From an uncultured Gemmatimonadaceae bacterium (GTDB lineage: Bacteria > Gemmatimonadota > Gemmatimonadetes > Gemmatimonadales > Gemmatimonadaceae): 64,000 nt of DNA. Both the position numbers and the translations under genes were made by a program. The notes below the pieces were generated by a model. That model was not told the DNA's origin, did no database searches, and was given only the letters and a program-made list of their open reading frames with translations. Position 1 is the first letter of the stretch, and every line of letters starts with the position of its first letter. The stretch spans positions 864,001 through 928,000 of the forward strand of contig CAWAGQ010000004.1 in NCBI GenBank assembly GCA_963781585.1, in the 5' to 3' direction. Below are positions 63,600 to 64,000 of the stretch, in pieces.

Positions 63600-64000
63600 G
63601 GTGCGCCCTCGATGGTCAGCGGGGCGCGCCGCGCGACGGGGAGCGCTGACGCGGACGGTACAGCATCGGCGCGCGCCGGACTGCCATCGGACCGCGGCGC
63701 CGCCGCGCCTGCCTCGGCACCCGACAGTCCCGCGTCGCTGCTCGCGCGCACCACCTCGTGCCACTCCTGCAGCGAGCGCACCACGGGCCTCCGCGACCGC
63801 AAGGCGAGAATCGCGTCGCATGCCGCGCTGGCCGCCGACATGGTGGTGGTATACGACAGGCGCTGGGCGATGGCCGTCCGCCGCAGCTGGTAGTCGTCGT
63901 ACTGGGCGTGCTTGCCTAACGGCGTATTGATCAGGAGCTGCACCTGACCGTTGACCATCAGATCGATACCGTTCGGCCGCCCTTCGTGCAGCTTGCGCAC
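63596..64000 (-). CDS. carB: carbamoyl-phosphate synthase large subunit, C-terminal MGS domain (5' part outside window)
   Basis: [12 protein letters not shown]...VQLLINTP...DDYQLRRTA...YTTTMSAA. Confidence 0.85.
   Translation of the reverse strand: MRKLHEGRPNGIDLMVNGQVQLLINTPLGKHAQYDDYQLRRTAIAQRLSYTTTMSAASAACDAILALRSRRPVVRSLQEWHEVVRASSDAGLSGAEAGAAAPRSDGSPARADAVPSASALPVARRAPLTIEGAP

Overview
High-GC (roughly 68-70% by eye) chromosomal core region. Gene order and protein style suggest Gemmatimonadota (inference, no search run). There are about 54 genes, and all but one (a PpiD/SurA-type chaperone) lie on the minus strand, many coupled by 1-8 bp overlaps. In transcription order (right to left): 3' end of carB; a wbpD/wbpB/wbpE/wbpA-like plus ugd and uxs nucleotide-sugar cluster; bamD, nadD, secA (frameshifted at a G7 run); radC, rel, MFS, a lipoprotein, uvrB, tsaE, tsaB, rimI, ssb, a LysM protein; an epimerase, tolQ/tolR/tolA/tolB/pal/cpoB, tatC, an lptD-like gene; hutH, hutU, a radical SAM gene, hutI; a giant TPR protein, polyprenyl synthase, DUF4321-like, tatA; a second TPR protein, aroQ, M24 peptidase, accB, pilT-like, accC, comB-like, ftsK, yraN; recA, recX, alaS, a hypothetical gene, a PHP phosphatase, gmhA and an SDR. 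I saw no rRNA, tRNA, CRISPR array, IS, integrase or prophage. Most notable observations: (1) a recurrent heptamer GTTAGGY/RCCTAAC (at least 15 copies) embedded in coding sequence in three different codon settings through otherwise rare codons, which suggests a selected DNA signal; (2) a radical SAM gene coupled inside the hut cluster; (3) a homopolymer frameshift in the essential secA; (4) two TPR/acidic-linker/TPR proteins with a PilT-family gene and a TsaP-like gene, possibly a dispersed pilus/polarity module; (5) a 10-mer shared upstream of recA and uvrB (candidate SOS box) and several apparently leaderless genes. All counts are manual.
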